Positions 1-10,281 of a stretch of 43,768 nt of DNA are shown here, one piece after another. Both the position numbers and the translations under genes were made by a program. How positions within the stretch are numbered: position 1 is the stretch's first letter; every line of letters starts with the position of its first letter. A model generated the notes under the pieces. The model searched no databases, had not been told where the DNA came from, and saw only the letters and a program-made list of their open reading frames with translations. This DNA comes from Aduncisulcus paluster. Its lineage: Eukaryota. The DNA lies in assembly GCA_024181965.1 (NCBI GenBank), contig BQXS01010878.1, forward strand, positions 1 through 43,768, written 5' to 3'.

Positions 1-1
1 C

Positions 2-1306
2 GTCCATATTTCATCTAAAGATCCAACCGAAATAACTTCATTTAAAACTGAATCAACAGTTCAAATAGAAGAAAGAGTTTTAGAAAAAGGGAGAATGGAA
101 ATGTCAATGTCACAACCTGTAAATTCACTTGAAGAGTCAGCATTCCAACAAAAACAACACATTCTTTCTGATGATGGCATTTCTCAAGGTTCAGCAATGT
201 CTATGATTAAACAAGAAGAGCCATTCTCATCAGAATCCCTCCCCATCTTCCCTTCTCTTCCTCTTCCACATTTGATCGTTCCAGCAAAGCATTTATTACA
301 GCCAGGATATATGCAATCAATTCACAAAGTTTCTCAAGAGCAATATTCGAGTATTCTGACACAAAGAAGTGCCCGTGGAGAGTCTGCCCTTCAAATTTTC
401 AATGATCCTTACCTTTTGATGCAGTTAGTGCCCGAAAGAAATCTATGTTATCCCATCATTCTTTCTGATGTTACTTATGCGCTGAGGTATGATGTTTCTG
501 CATGCATTCGGCATCGAGAGTTCCTTGATAAACTTAGTAGTGTGGATTCAAATGAGTTTGTACTTGTAACACGTCCTATTTTTAGAAGCATTGAGAAAGA
601 TGAGTCTAAAATTAAGACAGAAAAGAGCCTTGAAGAAGTGAAAGAAGTGAAAGAAGAAGAAGGAGAAGAAGCCAGGGGAAGAGGAGAAGAGATGGTGAAA
701 GAAGTAGTTGAGAGAGAAAGAAGAATGATTCCGAATCGAATGGCTATTCCCCGTGGCTCATCATCCATGCACCATATGGCCCATTCTCTCCTGATGTCTC
801 AACACACAACCCACCAATATGCCTCCCATTCCACTATGCATCAAGGGCTTGGTGGACAGTCTGCCTCAAGAGATGGAATTAGGATGATATCGTCAAGTTC
901 ATCATCTGTGGCATCTTCTGTGACCTCTGCTTCCCCCACTCATACCCAGTCATCATCAAGATACTATCCTGCCTCAGCTCAGGGAGAGGGCCATGCTCAG
1001 GCTACTCATATGCAACCACAGGCCCAGGCTCAAGCCCGGCAGGCAGCACATATTCAGGCCGCACAACAAGCACAAGCTCAGGCTGGATATGGAGCGTATG
1101 CGTCAATGCCTTTATCTTCTATTCCGGCATTCCAACAAAATCATAAAAGGTTCGATATGGTTATATCAAGGTATAGAAGTACAAAGGATGAGAAAGAATA
1201 TAGGAATACAGTCATGACGTTTCCCGAAGAACTGCAGAAATTGTTTTCTCGTTATGTCCAAGAAATCAACCAAGCAAACCAACATCAACAACAGCAACCG
1301 AGATAA
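2..1306 (+). CDS. Hypothetical protein, 5'-truncated by the window edge; Ser/Gln/Ala low-complexity C-terminal half
   Basis: The frame of ORF 95..1306 has no stop back to position 2, so the gene probably starts outside the window. Contains QAQA and poly-S tracts; no family recognised. Confidence 0.7.
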   Translation, partial: VHISSKDPTEITSFKTESTVQIEERVLEKGRMEMSMSQPVNSLEESAFQQKQHILSDDGISQGSAMSMIKQEEPFSSESLPIFPSLPLPHLIVPAKHLLQPGYMQSIHKVSQEQYSSILTQRSARGESALQIFNDPYLLMQLVPERNLCYPIILSDVTYALRYDVSACIRHREFLDKLSSVDSNEFVLVTRPIFRSIEKDESKIKTEKSLEEVKEVKEEEGEEARGRGEEMVKEVVERERRMIPNRMAIPRGSSSMHHMAHSLLMSQHTTHQYASHSTMHQGLGGQSASRDGIRMISSSSSSVASSVTSASPTHTQSSSRYYPASAQGEGHAQATHMQPQAQAQARQAAHIQAAQQAQAQAGYGAYASMPLSSIPAFQQNHKRFDMVISRYRSTKDEKEYRNTVMTFPEELQKLFSRYVQEINQANQHQQQQPR

Positions 1307-1538
1307 AACGTCAATATATGATCAATATTTAAGGTAAAATACATTTATTTATTCCTATATCAAAAGGAATGATGGATTCCTTTAGAGAATTATAATAAAT
1401 CATTCTGATTAAAATGAAATGCTTAAAACATAATTAAATGTGTATAGACTTGTATTTTATTCATTTATAATGTTGTAACTATCTATCGAATCCTTGAAAA
1501 TAACAATTTGTTGTTTTGTCCTGATTGTAGATAGAATA

Positions 1539-2888
1539 ATGGAGTCTAGTGTTGTCGATAGTGCTTTAGAGTATTATAGCAGGTTAATTGATGGGGTAGG
1601 ATATGATTTTGTTATTAAACGCAGCGAGAAAGGTGGGAAAGGAATGTATTCTACAAAATACCTGGAATCTGGAACAGAATTGATAGAAGATGTGCCCATT
1701 TTATCATTTTTATCACAATTATGTGATAGCGAAGGCGTTTGTTCTTTTTGTTTAGGGCCTATCTCAAAAGAAGCACAAATCGATTCTAGATGTTATTGTT
1801 CGGCATCCAAATCATCATTATTTGGGTCTCATAGTGGAGAAATGTTTGAAGATAAAGATGAAGAAAGTTCTGATGATTTCCATGATCATTCAAGACATTC
1901 TCACTTGTCTTCTTCCCATTCTATTTCTTCTTCCTCTATTCCACATTCGTGTCGGTTTTGTTCTGAGAAATGCCGTGATAATGCGTTAAAATCTGGTCAC
2001 TCCATCCTGTGTCCCCTTTCGGTTTCATCCTCCGGTTCAGATCCTTCTATAGGTTCTTCTATTCGAGATATTATTGAAAAATTAGATTCTTACGGTCCTC
2101 GTCACACCCCATTTGGCAGTAGAGCCATTTCTCAGGTGGTGTGTTATCTGGCTGCTAAATTCGCAATGTATTCGTGTGATTTTGGTGATAGTTTGACTCC
2201 CCAACAGTGTTTAGGAGCAGCTACACAGGTCATTGAATGTTTATATTCGGCTCCAGCAGCCCATGCTCCAGAATCGATTGATTACGAGGGACTCAGTCGT
2301 GATTTGAAGATAATTATATCATCTTATATTAAACAGACAATTCCGAAAAGTAAGGATGAACATTTGCAACCGTATAAACTTTTCCTTGATACTGTGTGCT
2401 CTGTTGAATCTATAAAACGACTTACTACATTAATATGTTGCAATTCACAAGCACTCGAAATTAAACATCCTTCGGAACTTTCTCAATCCTCCCACTCACG
2501 TTCTATTTTTGGAACGTCATCTTCCTCTTCTTCTACATTCCTAACTATCACCGACGGATCCAGTGTCGGGGGTTCTTCTCTCTTCGGTGTGGAACAAGGA
2601 AGGTCTGAAGAATCACCTGACCATTCCAAGACAGTTCTTGGCATTGGTTTGTTCACATTCCTTTCCCAGTTAAACCATTCATGCACTCCCAACTGTGAGA
2701 TTGTCTCGACTCATAACCATTCGTGTGTTCTTCGTGTGCTAGAATCTGTGAGACCCGACGAAGAGCTCACGATATCTTATATTCCTCTTGAAAATGGAGT
2801 GAAAAGAAGAGAAGAGCTTCTCAGACCTTATCTATTTACTTGTCAATGCAAGAGATGTCAATTCGAAAGAAGGGAGGAGAAAGAGTGA
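1539..2888 (+). CDS. SMYD-like SET-domain lysine methyltransferase
   Basis: N-SET KGGKGMYS, Cys-rich MYND-like insert (CSFC...CYCS...CRFCSEKC...HSILC), C-SET LNHSCTPN and ELTISY, post-SET FTCQCKRC. First ATG at 1539 (the track start at 1494 is TTG). Confidence 0.9.
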   Translation: MESSVVDSALEYYSRLIDGVGYDFVIKRSEKGGKGMYSTKYLESGTELIEDVPILSFLSQLCDSEGVCSFCLGPISKEAQIDSRCYCSASKSSLFGSHSGEMFEDKDEESSDDFHDHSRHSHLSSSHSISSSSIPHSCRFCSEKCRDNALKSGHSILCPLSVSSSGSDPSIGSSIRDIIEKLDSYGPRHTPFGSRAISQVVCYLAAKFAMYSCDFGDSLTPQQCLGAATQVIECLYSAPAAHAPESIDYEGLSRDLKIIISSYIKQTIPKSKDEHLQPYKLFLDTVCSVESIKRLTTLICCNSQALEIKHPSELSQSSHSRSIFGTSSSSSSTFLTITDGSSVGGSSLFGVEQGRSEESPDHSKTVLGIGLFTFLSQLNHSCTPNCEIVSTHNHSCVLRVLESVRPDEELTISYIPLENGVKRREELLRPYLFTCQCKRCQFERREEKE

Positions 2889-3349
2889 AGATTTTGATAT
2901 TTTCTTAAAGATATCTTAGATATCATATGAGATATAGTTTCTCAACATGATATACCTAATTTTATTCATATAAATTATATGATATTATAATACAACCAAT
3001 GGTCCATTGAATGGACAGAATTATCGAGATTCTCAGAAGTTCAAGGGACCAAAGAAAGGAATTTTGTTCAAAACAGTTATGAAGACTTCATATATGAAGT
3101 ATGAACTTGAGATTAACTTCAATTTAATCTTAAATTGTAACACTGATTAAAGTTCTTTGAAGTCAGTATAATACAGTATAATATAATACTTGGGAGTTGA
3201 GAGAAGTTGGATGAAATTTCACTAACCATGTAAATCATTTTCTTCAATTGACATGAAACTCTTTGGCCAGAGGTTTTGGATGTAAAATTCCAAAGATTTC
3301 TAACTCCTTTGACTTCTTTGGAGTGAGTAAAGATCATCTTTCATCAGAA

Positions 3350-6300
3350 TCATTCAGATTTTTCGGACTCATCCTCATTTTCAAATGGAGCTCCATTTAA
3401 TGGAGATTGGGCAATGCCACTTGAGGAACCAACAGATTGAAATTCATCAGTTATTCCAGAAGAAGTTATTCCAGATGCACAAAAGGAATGAAAAATGTCC
3501 CCCGATTCACAAATTGAGTTGTGAATCTCTTTCTGTTCAACTGGTTCCACGGTAATAACATGTGAACTATGATATTTGATTTTATGAGTTGTTATAGAAG
3601 AAGGGGAGGAAGGCACAACATTTGAGGCCGACATTAATCGATCTTCTTTCTTTTCTCCAGTACATTTACCCCATTCTTCAATCTCATTTCGATGGCTATC
3701 CATTCCCCGAAGTCTCTGAAGAATCTCTCCACCAACTTGCTCATATTTCTCTTCTTGCAACGTCCAAGTAAATTTACACAATCCAATGTTGTCACCTTTC
3801 ATTGTAATTTCTCTCAAATGAAGTGAATTAAATGTATGAACATGAAATAAAGAAGTCAAAGAGGAATGTTCCATACATTTACCATAATATTTTCTGCAAT
3901 TTTCTTCACAAATTTGAATAATTTCTTCCGGAGAAAAATTCTTCGGCTGCGTTTTAAATTCATATTCATAAATAGATATTAACCAAATACAAGCCAACAT
4001 TGCTCTTTCAAAGTTCTTGACATGTTCCTTGAATTTCTCTATCATTGAAGAAGAATCTGTTTCTTTCCCATGTGTATCAGTGTACAATTTACAAGTTGGA
4101 GATATCAGAGATTCCACTAAAGTTTTTTCTTCCTCATCATTTAATTTACCAGACTTGAGGAATTTGGCCCATTCCATATTGATTTTTGTCATATCGTCCC
4201 ACTTCCATTTTGTGCTGCTAAATGAAAACTTTTTTTCATAGTATATTTCAAGCCATAGTTTTAAAAGATCGTCTTCTTCTTTATCACTTAATCCAGATTC
4301 AAAGAATATGCCCACGATTGACATGATAATATTGAAGATATCTGAATAATATTTGCGTATTTCAGCTGTAAATTTTTCAAATTTGTGAATAACGGTTGAT
4401 CTAACTCCACTATCTTTATCATAATTATGGACATAAACAATGGATGGAACTCGAGAAAGAGAATGATACAATTCGCCCTCAATATCTTCTTGTAACTTCA
4501 TAACTTTAGTATCTTTATAAGTTTGATAAGCCTGTAAATTATACTTTGCGACAATTGCTCCAAGCTCAACACATCCTCGACGTCTCAATGCACGAAATAC
4601 ATCTCGACGGCTATTTTTGTTCCATTGGAATCTGAAATTAGTAGTTCCAGTTCCACATGGAACACTCATGACCCCACCCCCAATACACTTATAAAAGTCT
4701 GTGTAAGTAGATTTTGAAGAGCCATGATGAGGAACAACAAAGAAATTTGTATCCGAAGCCCCAAATTTCTCAAAATATCCTTTTCCAAAAATAGAATCTG
4801 AATCAAGTATTTTGGTTGATTTTTTGTATTTGAAATATTCCATATCACCGGTGAAAAAAGCAGTAAATGGCTGATCAATTGGAGTGAGAGTACGTTTTCT
4901 CACTGTTGATGAGAGGTCTTCTCCTTCTCTGATTGACAATGAAAATGATTTGAAACTTGAGGATTGAGCATGAGAAACTGAAGATTTAGTATCTGAAGAA
5001 TGTTGAGAGAATGAAAATAGAACTCCAATTGAATTTGCATTCTTTTCTAAGGGTTCGTAACAGGGTTTTGGAATAAACAAAGTGATATCAAAGGGACATT
5101 TAAATTGAGGTCTCTCTTCTTCCTCTTCTTCCTCTTCTTCTTCCTCGATTCGAGGTCGTTTGAGTATGGCAATCGAGTTGCCCAAAGATTCCCCATCTTC
5201 TTTTGTGAAATCAGGGTGGAAATTAAATCCTCGATCTTTACAAGTTTTTGTAACAAATTTATCATGATCAGAATTAACTTTGGAGTCATATTCATCTTTT
5301 TTGGGCTTAATAAGAGACAAAATCAGATCTATTTTGGATTTATATTCTTCCGATTTATCCTTCAAATCCTCTAAAATATTCATTTTCTTCCTCCCTTCAT
5401 AATACTTCTTTAAATCATCAGGTGTTTTCAAAGAGAGAAATTCCTTTATCTTGTTTTCATATGAAATACCTTCCCGTTTAACTAATAAATCATCCACATC
5501 CCATTGTTTGATTGTAGCTTCATCAGATAATAATAAATTAACAAGGGGAACCATTCCATCATAACCATTTTTCTCTGACTTGAAAAAGGTTGAGGATTTT
5601 AGCAGAGTTTCGGTTATTTTAGGGAGAGGCTCGAATTTAGGGCGCATAATCACCCTTCCATTCTTTTCGCTTAGTAATTCTTTCAAAACCTGAGACTTTT
5701 CATGTACATATCGATGGTCTTCATGATCATGAGTTTCATAATACTCGAGATAATTTACATCAGAGAGATAATTTTTCAACATTGTCTCAATCTTTTCTAA
5801 ATTCCTCTCTAAACAAATACCTGAATCAATAATCGCTGCATATTCACCACATTTAATGATATAAAAAGCATAATATTCTGATGATCCTGTCATAACATAA
5901 CATATTTCTATATTGGATTTCTTTGTTCCTTCTTTGGAGAGAATGAGTGAGGTATCATCAAACCGAGTCATGGATTTAGGAGAATCAAAAGTAGTTCCTG
6001 AGAAATACTGGGAATTATTGAGAGATTTCCGATCCAAGGGGCCCTTTGTTATTTTTTTTGGAGAGGGAAATTCAGGTTTGATAGTTTCTTGTTTTTTCTC
6101 AGGACTAACTCCTAACGGAAGGATTTGTAGAGCAAGAGCCTGCGATTTATCAACAATTGCCTTGGATTTCTCGAGTTCTTTCTCCAATTCCTTAATTTTG
6201 TCTTCTAAGACCCTATTTTTTTTCTTCTGTTCTTCAGTTTGATATGTTAATGATCTATTTTTCCTTGATAGGTCTTTTTCTTTTTCCGATCTAGGAAGAA

Positions 6301-6703
6301 GAGAAATGTGGGAGAAATAGATATTACAAGCAGCATCTTCCGGAACTGATATTGTACACTTTTTAATATCAGGCAGATAAACAGGAAGGAAATGATTATG
6401 TGAAGGTCCTTCAAAAGAATGTGGTGTTGGAAATGGCGTGTCGTTCATATCGAATAGGGTCAAATTGAACTTAGCTTTACATTGTCCATCCTTTTTCTTG
6501 AGCTTAAACGACATAAATATTACATTTAAATATACAGGATCAAATGTAAGTTCTATGAATGAAAGACAAACATTTGGGCTGTTAAAAGGATCTAAAACTT
6601 TTTTGAGAATCTCAGATCTATCCGTTCCACCAGACATTGCTATTTGTGACTTGAACTGAATCTCCTTAATACAGTCTAAAATAGTGAACTTTTCTTCCTC
6701 CAT
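3350..6703 (-). CDS. Lineage-specific N-terminal domain + coiled coil + ComEC/Rec2-type metallo-beta-lactamase-fold hydrolase
   Basis: Ordered MBL motifs AAIIDSG, THDHEDH (HxHxDH, 5714-5734), NANSIGV, FTGDME, VVPHHGS, VPCG. Residues ~25-135 align by eye with the repeat unit of 14155..15258 and 40451..42913. Residues ~140-190 are heptad-like. Confidence 0.8.
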   Translation of the reverse strand: MEEEKFTILDCIKEIQFKSQIAMSGGTDRSEILKKVLDPFNSPNVCLSFIELTFDPVYLNVIFMSFKLKKKDGQCKAKFNLTLFDMNDTPFPTPHSFEGPSHNHFLPVYLPDIKKCTISVPEDAACNIYFSHISLLPRSEKEKDLSRKNRSLTYQTEEQKKKNRVLEDKIKELEKELEKSKAIVDKSQALALQILPLGVSPEKKQETIKPEFPSPKKITKGPLDRKSLNNSQYFSGTTFDSPKSMTRFDDTSLILSKEGTKKSNIEICYVMTGSSEYYAFYIIKCGEYAAIIDSGICLERNLEKIETMLKNYLSDVNYLEYYETHDHEDHRYVHEKSQVLKELLSEKNGRVIMRPKFEPLPKITETLLKSSTFFKSEKNGYDGMVPLVNLLLSDEATIKQWDVDDLLVKREGISYENKIKEFLSLKTPDDLKKYYEGRKKMNILEDLKDKSEEYKSKIDLILSLIKPKKDEYDSKVNSDHDKFVTKTCKDRGFNFHPDFTKEDGESLGNSIAILKRPRIEEEEEEEEEEERPQFKCPFDITLFIPKPCYEPLEKNANSIGVLFSFSQHSSDTKSSVSHAQSSSFKSFSLSIREGEDLSSTVRKRTLTPIDQPFTAFFTGDMEYFKYKKSTKILDSDSIFGKGYFEKFGASDTNFFVVPHHGSSKSTYTDFYKCIGGGVMSVPCGTGTTNFRFQWNKNSRRDVFRALRRRGCVELGAIVAKYNLQAYQTYKDTKVMKLQEDIEGELYHSLSRVPSIVYVHNYDKDSGVRSTVIHKFEKFTAEIRKYYSDIFNIIMSIVGIFFESGLSDKEEDDLLKLWLEIYYEKKFSFSSTKWKWDDMTKINMEWAKFLKSGKLNDEEEKTLVESLISPTCKLYTDTHGKETDSSSMIEKFKEHVKNFERAMLACIWLISIYEYEFKTQPKNFSPEEIIQICEENCRKYYGKCMEHSSLTSLFHVHTFNSLHLREITMKGDNIGLCKFTWTLQEEKYEQVGGEILQRLRGMDSHRNEIEEWGKCTGEKKEDRLMSASNVVPSSPSSITTHKIKYHSSHVITVEPVEQKEIHNSICESGDIFHSFCASGITSSGITDEFQSVGSSSGIAQSPLNGAPFENEDESEKSE

Positions 6704-7266
6704 CCTTAAATAGACTGAAATTAATGACAGAAACTGGATTTCAAAACTATCTCCCCGAAATAAAAATGGTAAAAGAAATATGAGCTTAGATATTTCAAAA
6801 TAAAATCATGGATCACAAAAAATAACTTACCTATTTCCCTTTATGACAAAAAAACAAAAATCATGTTCAAAAATGGTACTTCTACGAAATAATCAAACTA
6901 ATGTGCATCTCGCAATAATATATCGATTTTATTTATTATTATTGTTATTATTTTTATTCGTGAAATATGTGACAGAGACTCGGGAAGGAAAAAAATTGCC
7001 AGAGACTCAGTTGAGCAACAAAATTGTTTATTGATAAATAAAAATGGAATATATATTATTATTTCAATGATAAATACCTGAAATATCATCTAAAACAGCC
7101 ATTGATGGTGAAAATGTACCTATCAGTTACAAAAGAATGACAAAAGCATAAAAACTTTTAATAAACTTTCAACGTGGCCAAATAAATTTCGTGAACAGAA
7201 GATAAAAAAAAAAAAATATATATAAAAAAAAAAACGATTCCGACAACAAGAACAGACACAATATGA

Positions 7267-9934
7267 TTATTTCCTCAAACTTTCGAGTACTTTGGCGATG
7301 CAAGCAGCTGCTTCATCAGCGTATCTAAAGCATGGGACTCCAATTTCTTCACGACATTTGGCAGAAAACTCGTCATATTTCCATCCACCTTCCATCGACA
7401 CCACAATAGGTTTCTCAGTGGATTTGTTGACCTGGTCGATACGCCTCAGGAGTGACTTGGGATCATCCAAATCCTCTCTTCCATCACTGAGTTCTTTGGA
7501 CATTGTACTCAAGGTTCCAGCTTCGGGGACAACACTGAACAAGCCAATGTCGACTTCTTTGGCCTCAACAAGGGCCTGCATGAGCTCATACCATCCATCA
7601 GTTCCAAGCATTGGTGTGACATCCAAAACATCAGAAATATCCACGACAGCACCGAGTTTGTGTCTCCCATAAATATCACTGAGAATTGCACCAGTTTCAC
7701 GACTCCATGAACTCAAAGCATGTGATGATGGATCACGGGCGAACAGATGGTCAGCAATGGCAGTCTTCTCGAATCCAGCGTTACTGCATGCAGTCACATG
7801 GACAATGCCTTCCTTCTGCATCTTCTTAGAGAGAGTCTTGATCTTGGGACCCCACAGACCGAGAAGCATCATTGTGTTCTCAAATTCACGGGCAGTATCG
7901 ACAACAATAGCTCCAGCCTGGACCATCTTATCACTGAACATACCATAATCTCCAGCCATGGCGGCAGTGTGACCCTTGGCAGCCTCCTGGCCCTGCTTGC
8001 TCCTTCCAGCCTTGTAAATAACAACNNNNNNNNNNNNNNNNNNNNCAATGCCTTCCTTCTGCATCTTCTTAGAGAGAGTCTTGATCTTGGGACCCCACAG
8101 ACCGAGAAGCATCATTGTGTTCTCAAATTCACGGGCAGTATCGACAACAATAGCTCCAGCCTGGACCATCTTATCACTGAACATACCATAATCTCCAGCC
8201 ATGGCGGCAGTGTGACCCTTGGCAGCCTCCTGGCCCTGCTTGCTCCTTCCAGCCTTGTAAATAACAACAGATTTACCCATAGAACGGGCATCTTTGATCA
8301 ATTTCATCAATCTCACACCCTCTTCCTCTTTCAGCCCTTCGATATAGAGTCCAAAGGCATCGATTTCCTTGGTTTCAGGAGCAGTGTCATGGTGCAAGAA
8401 ATACTCAAGGAAGTCACAAACACTCATGTCCAGCTGGTTACCAACAGATACAGACACACGGGGGTTGACAATGTTGGCCATATCTCCGAGACGAGAGATC
8501 ATGAAGGCTCCACTCTGACAGATAATGGCAGAATTGGAACTTCCACGACCAGTTTTTGAGGACTTCTCAGAGGGAGTGAAAACAGTGTTCACACCAATGC
8601 CATCGTAAATGCATCCAAGGGTGTTGGGACCATTAATGACTGGACGAGGACGACCAGCAGCATCTGCTTCCGCGAGTTTCTTCTCAACTTCATGTTGAAG
8701 GGCAGCTCCTTTCTCTGTTTCAGCAAATCCACCAGAGATTGCAAGGACAGCTTTGGCAGCATTCTGTTCGATAGTGTCTTGAATGAGTCCTCCCAGCAGC
8801 AGCAGGAACACCAATGACCATAAGATCGACTGGTTCTCCTTTACGTTTGGCAAGAAGGTCAGAGATACTAGATGCACATGGGAATCCTTGGATATCCTTG
8901 GATTTGGGGTGGATCGGATAGAGCTGTTTCGTGTCAACACTGGAATTGGGTGCATCGGCAAGCTTACGAAGAATAACTGAGCAGGAATTGTTGGGATTCT
9001 TCGAACTAGCACCAATAACAGCAGCACTCTTAGGTCTTAGAAGAGCTTCAATCTGTTTGACGGGTTTACGAGTCTTGAAATCACTTGACATGGCGAGTTT
9101 ATCCTCTGAAATATTGAAGTTGGGATTCTCCTCAACCCTCATCACACCATCAAGGGCTAAGAGCTTTCCATCGCAGGTAACAGCGGGATTAACCTCAATT
9201 TCACGCACGACGTACCTGGCATCGGGGTTATTAACGGAATAGTGACGGACAATGTTCTGCATGGCCTTGAGAGAATTGGCAATAGCTCCATCGTCAACAC
9301 GACGTTTCATTCCTCTAACTTTACCTGTAAGCATCTCAGAGGCCGGTAACTTGTCGAGAGCATCGCGGATGACAGAGTCAACATCAATATCAAGAGCAGC
9401 AGGAATGAAGACCTGGGCAGGACGGCTCTTTGAGAATACATCTTTAGCGTACTCAACACCAGTCCCTCCGACACCAAAGGCAAGAGTGGGACCGAAGAAT
9501 GGGTCCTCATAGGCGGACAAAAGCCATTCACCACCACCGAGACCACCTTTATCAAAACCAAGCTGTTCAGCGAATAAAACACCTTCTAATTGCATATCAT
9601 TGAATTTTTTGGCAAACATATCAACGGTTTCAGCGGCATTTTCAGCAGTAACATTGAAAGTTACGGCCCCAATATCGGTTTTATGAGTACAACCTGTAAT
9701 GGTGGCTTTAGCAACGTACTTTTTACCAGAATCAAGGGCAGAAGCCAGAGAACTCACATGTTTAGAGATAGGGTGGAAATATCTATCTGGAAGTTCCATT
9801 CCAGCAGCTTCTAAGACCTCGTACACCTCATGCTCATTCAGGAGCTTATCGGGACGACCAGCCCCCAAGGAAAGAAGATGTTCAATCTTTGGGAGTGATT
9901 TCGCATGCTGAGAAAGAAAAACCGGTGCTGACAT
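7267..9934 (-). CDS. acs: ADP-forming acetyl-CoA synthetase (acetate-CoA ligase), beta-alpha fusion; split by a 1-nt frameshift and an assembly gap
   Basis: ATP-grasp part: LNEHEVYEVL, THKTDIGAV, EIEVNP, LALDG. CoA-binding part: LLRPKSAAVIGAS, YPIHPK, ISGGFAE, INGPNTLG. Ligase part: ICQSGA, VSVGNQLD, LYIEG, YKAGRS, phospho-His GHTAAMAG, SNAG. The frame changes at ~8792-8795 (VIGVPAAA / GGLIQD). About 807 aa after removing the 243-nt gap duplication. Confidence 0.88.
7803..8268. other. Assembly gap (N 8026-8045) with duplicated flanks
   Basis: 7803-8025 is repeated at 8046-8268. Confidence 0.95.
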
Positions 9935-10281
9935 TTGGTAAACGTCAAAAACTGCCTTCAATAATGCTGGTGACTTTTTTAGAACTATCAATAGAGGTAA
10001 AGTATTTTGAAAAATAGTTCGGTGAGCATTATATCTTCCTGATTATTTTAATTTTAATATGAAATTAGAATATAAATGCATGATTGACCGAAATAAGAAA
10101 TCCATTTTAAATCCTAAATAAGACACTTGATGTATTCTAACTTATTGAATTTATCATTTATATACCCATTTAAACTCAATAAAAGAACAAAATCAGTGAT
10201 TATTTTTTAAACAAATCTTCTAGCGAAACTGATTGCATTATAACCAGCTTTGAAAGCATTTATAATCATATCTTGAATTAA

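Noticed and set aside
3119-3337. 72-aa ORF just after the MBL gene stop, as possible read-through
   Set aside because: Preceded by several stops and has no recognisable motif.
6705-6830. Minus-strand GTAAGT...AG upstream of the MBL gene as a possible intron
   Set aside because: No convincing open upstream exon; a 5'-UTR intron cannot be tested from sequence alone.
7292-9911. Long antisense ORFs over ACS (also over HydG, the kinases and other genes)
   Set aside because: Shadow ORFs opposite well-supported genes, with no motifs of their own.
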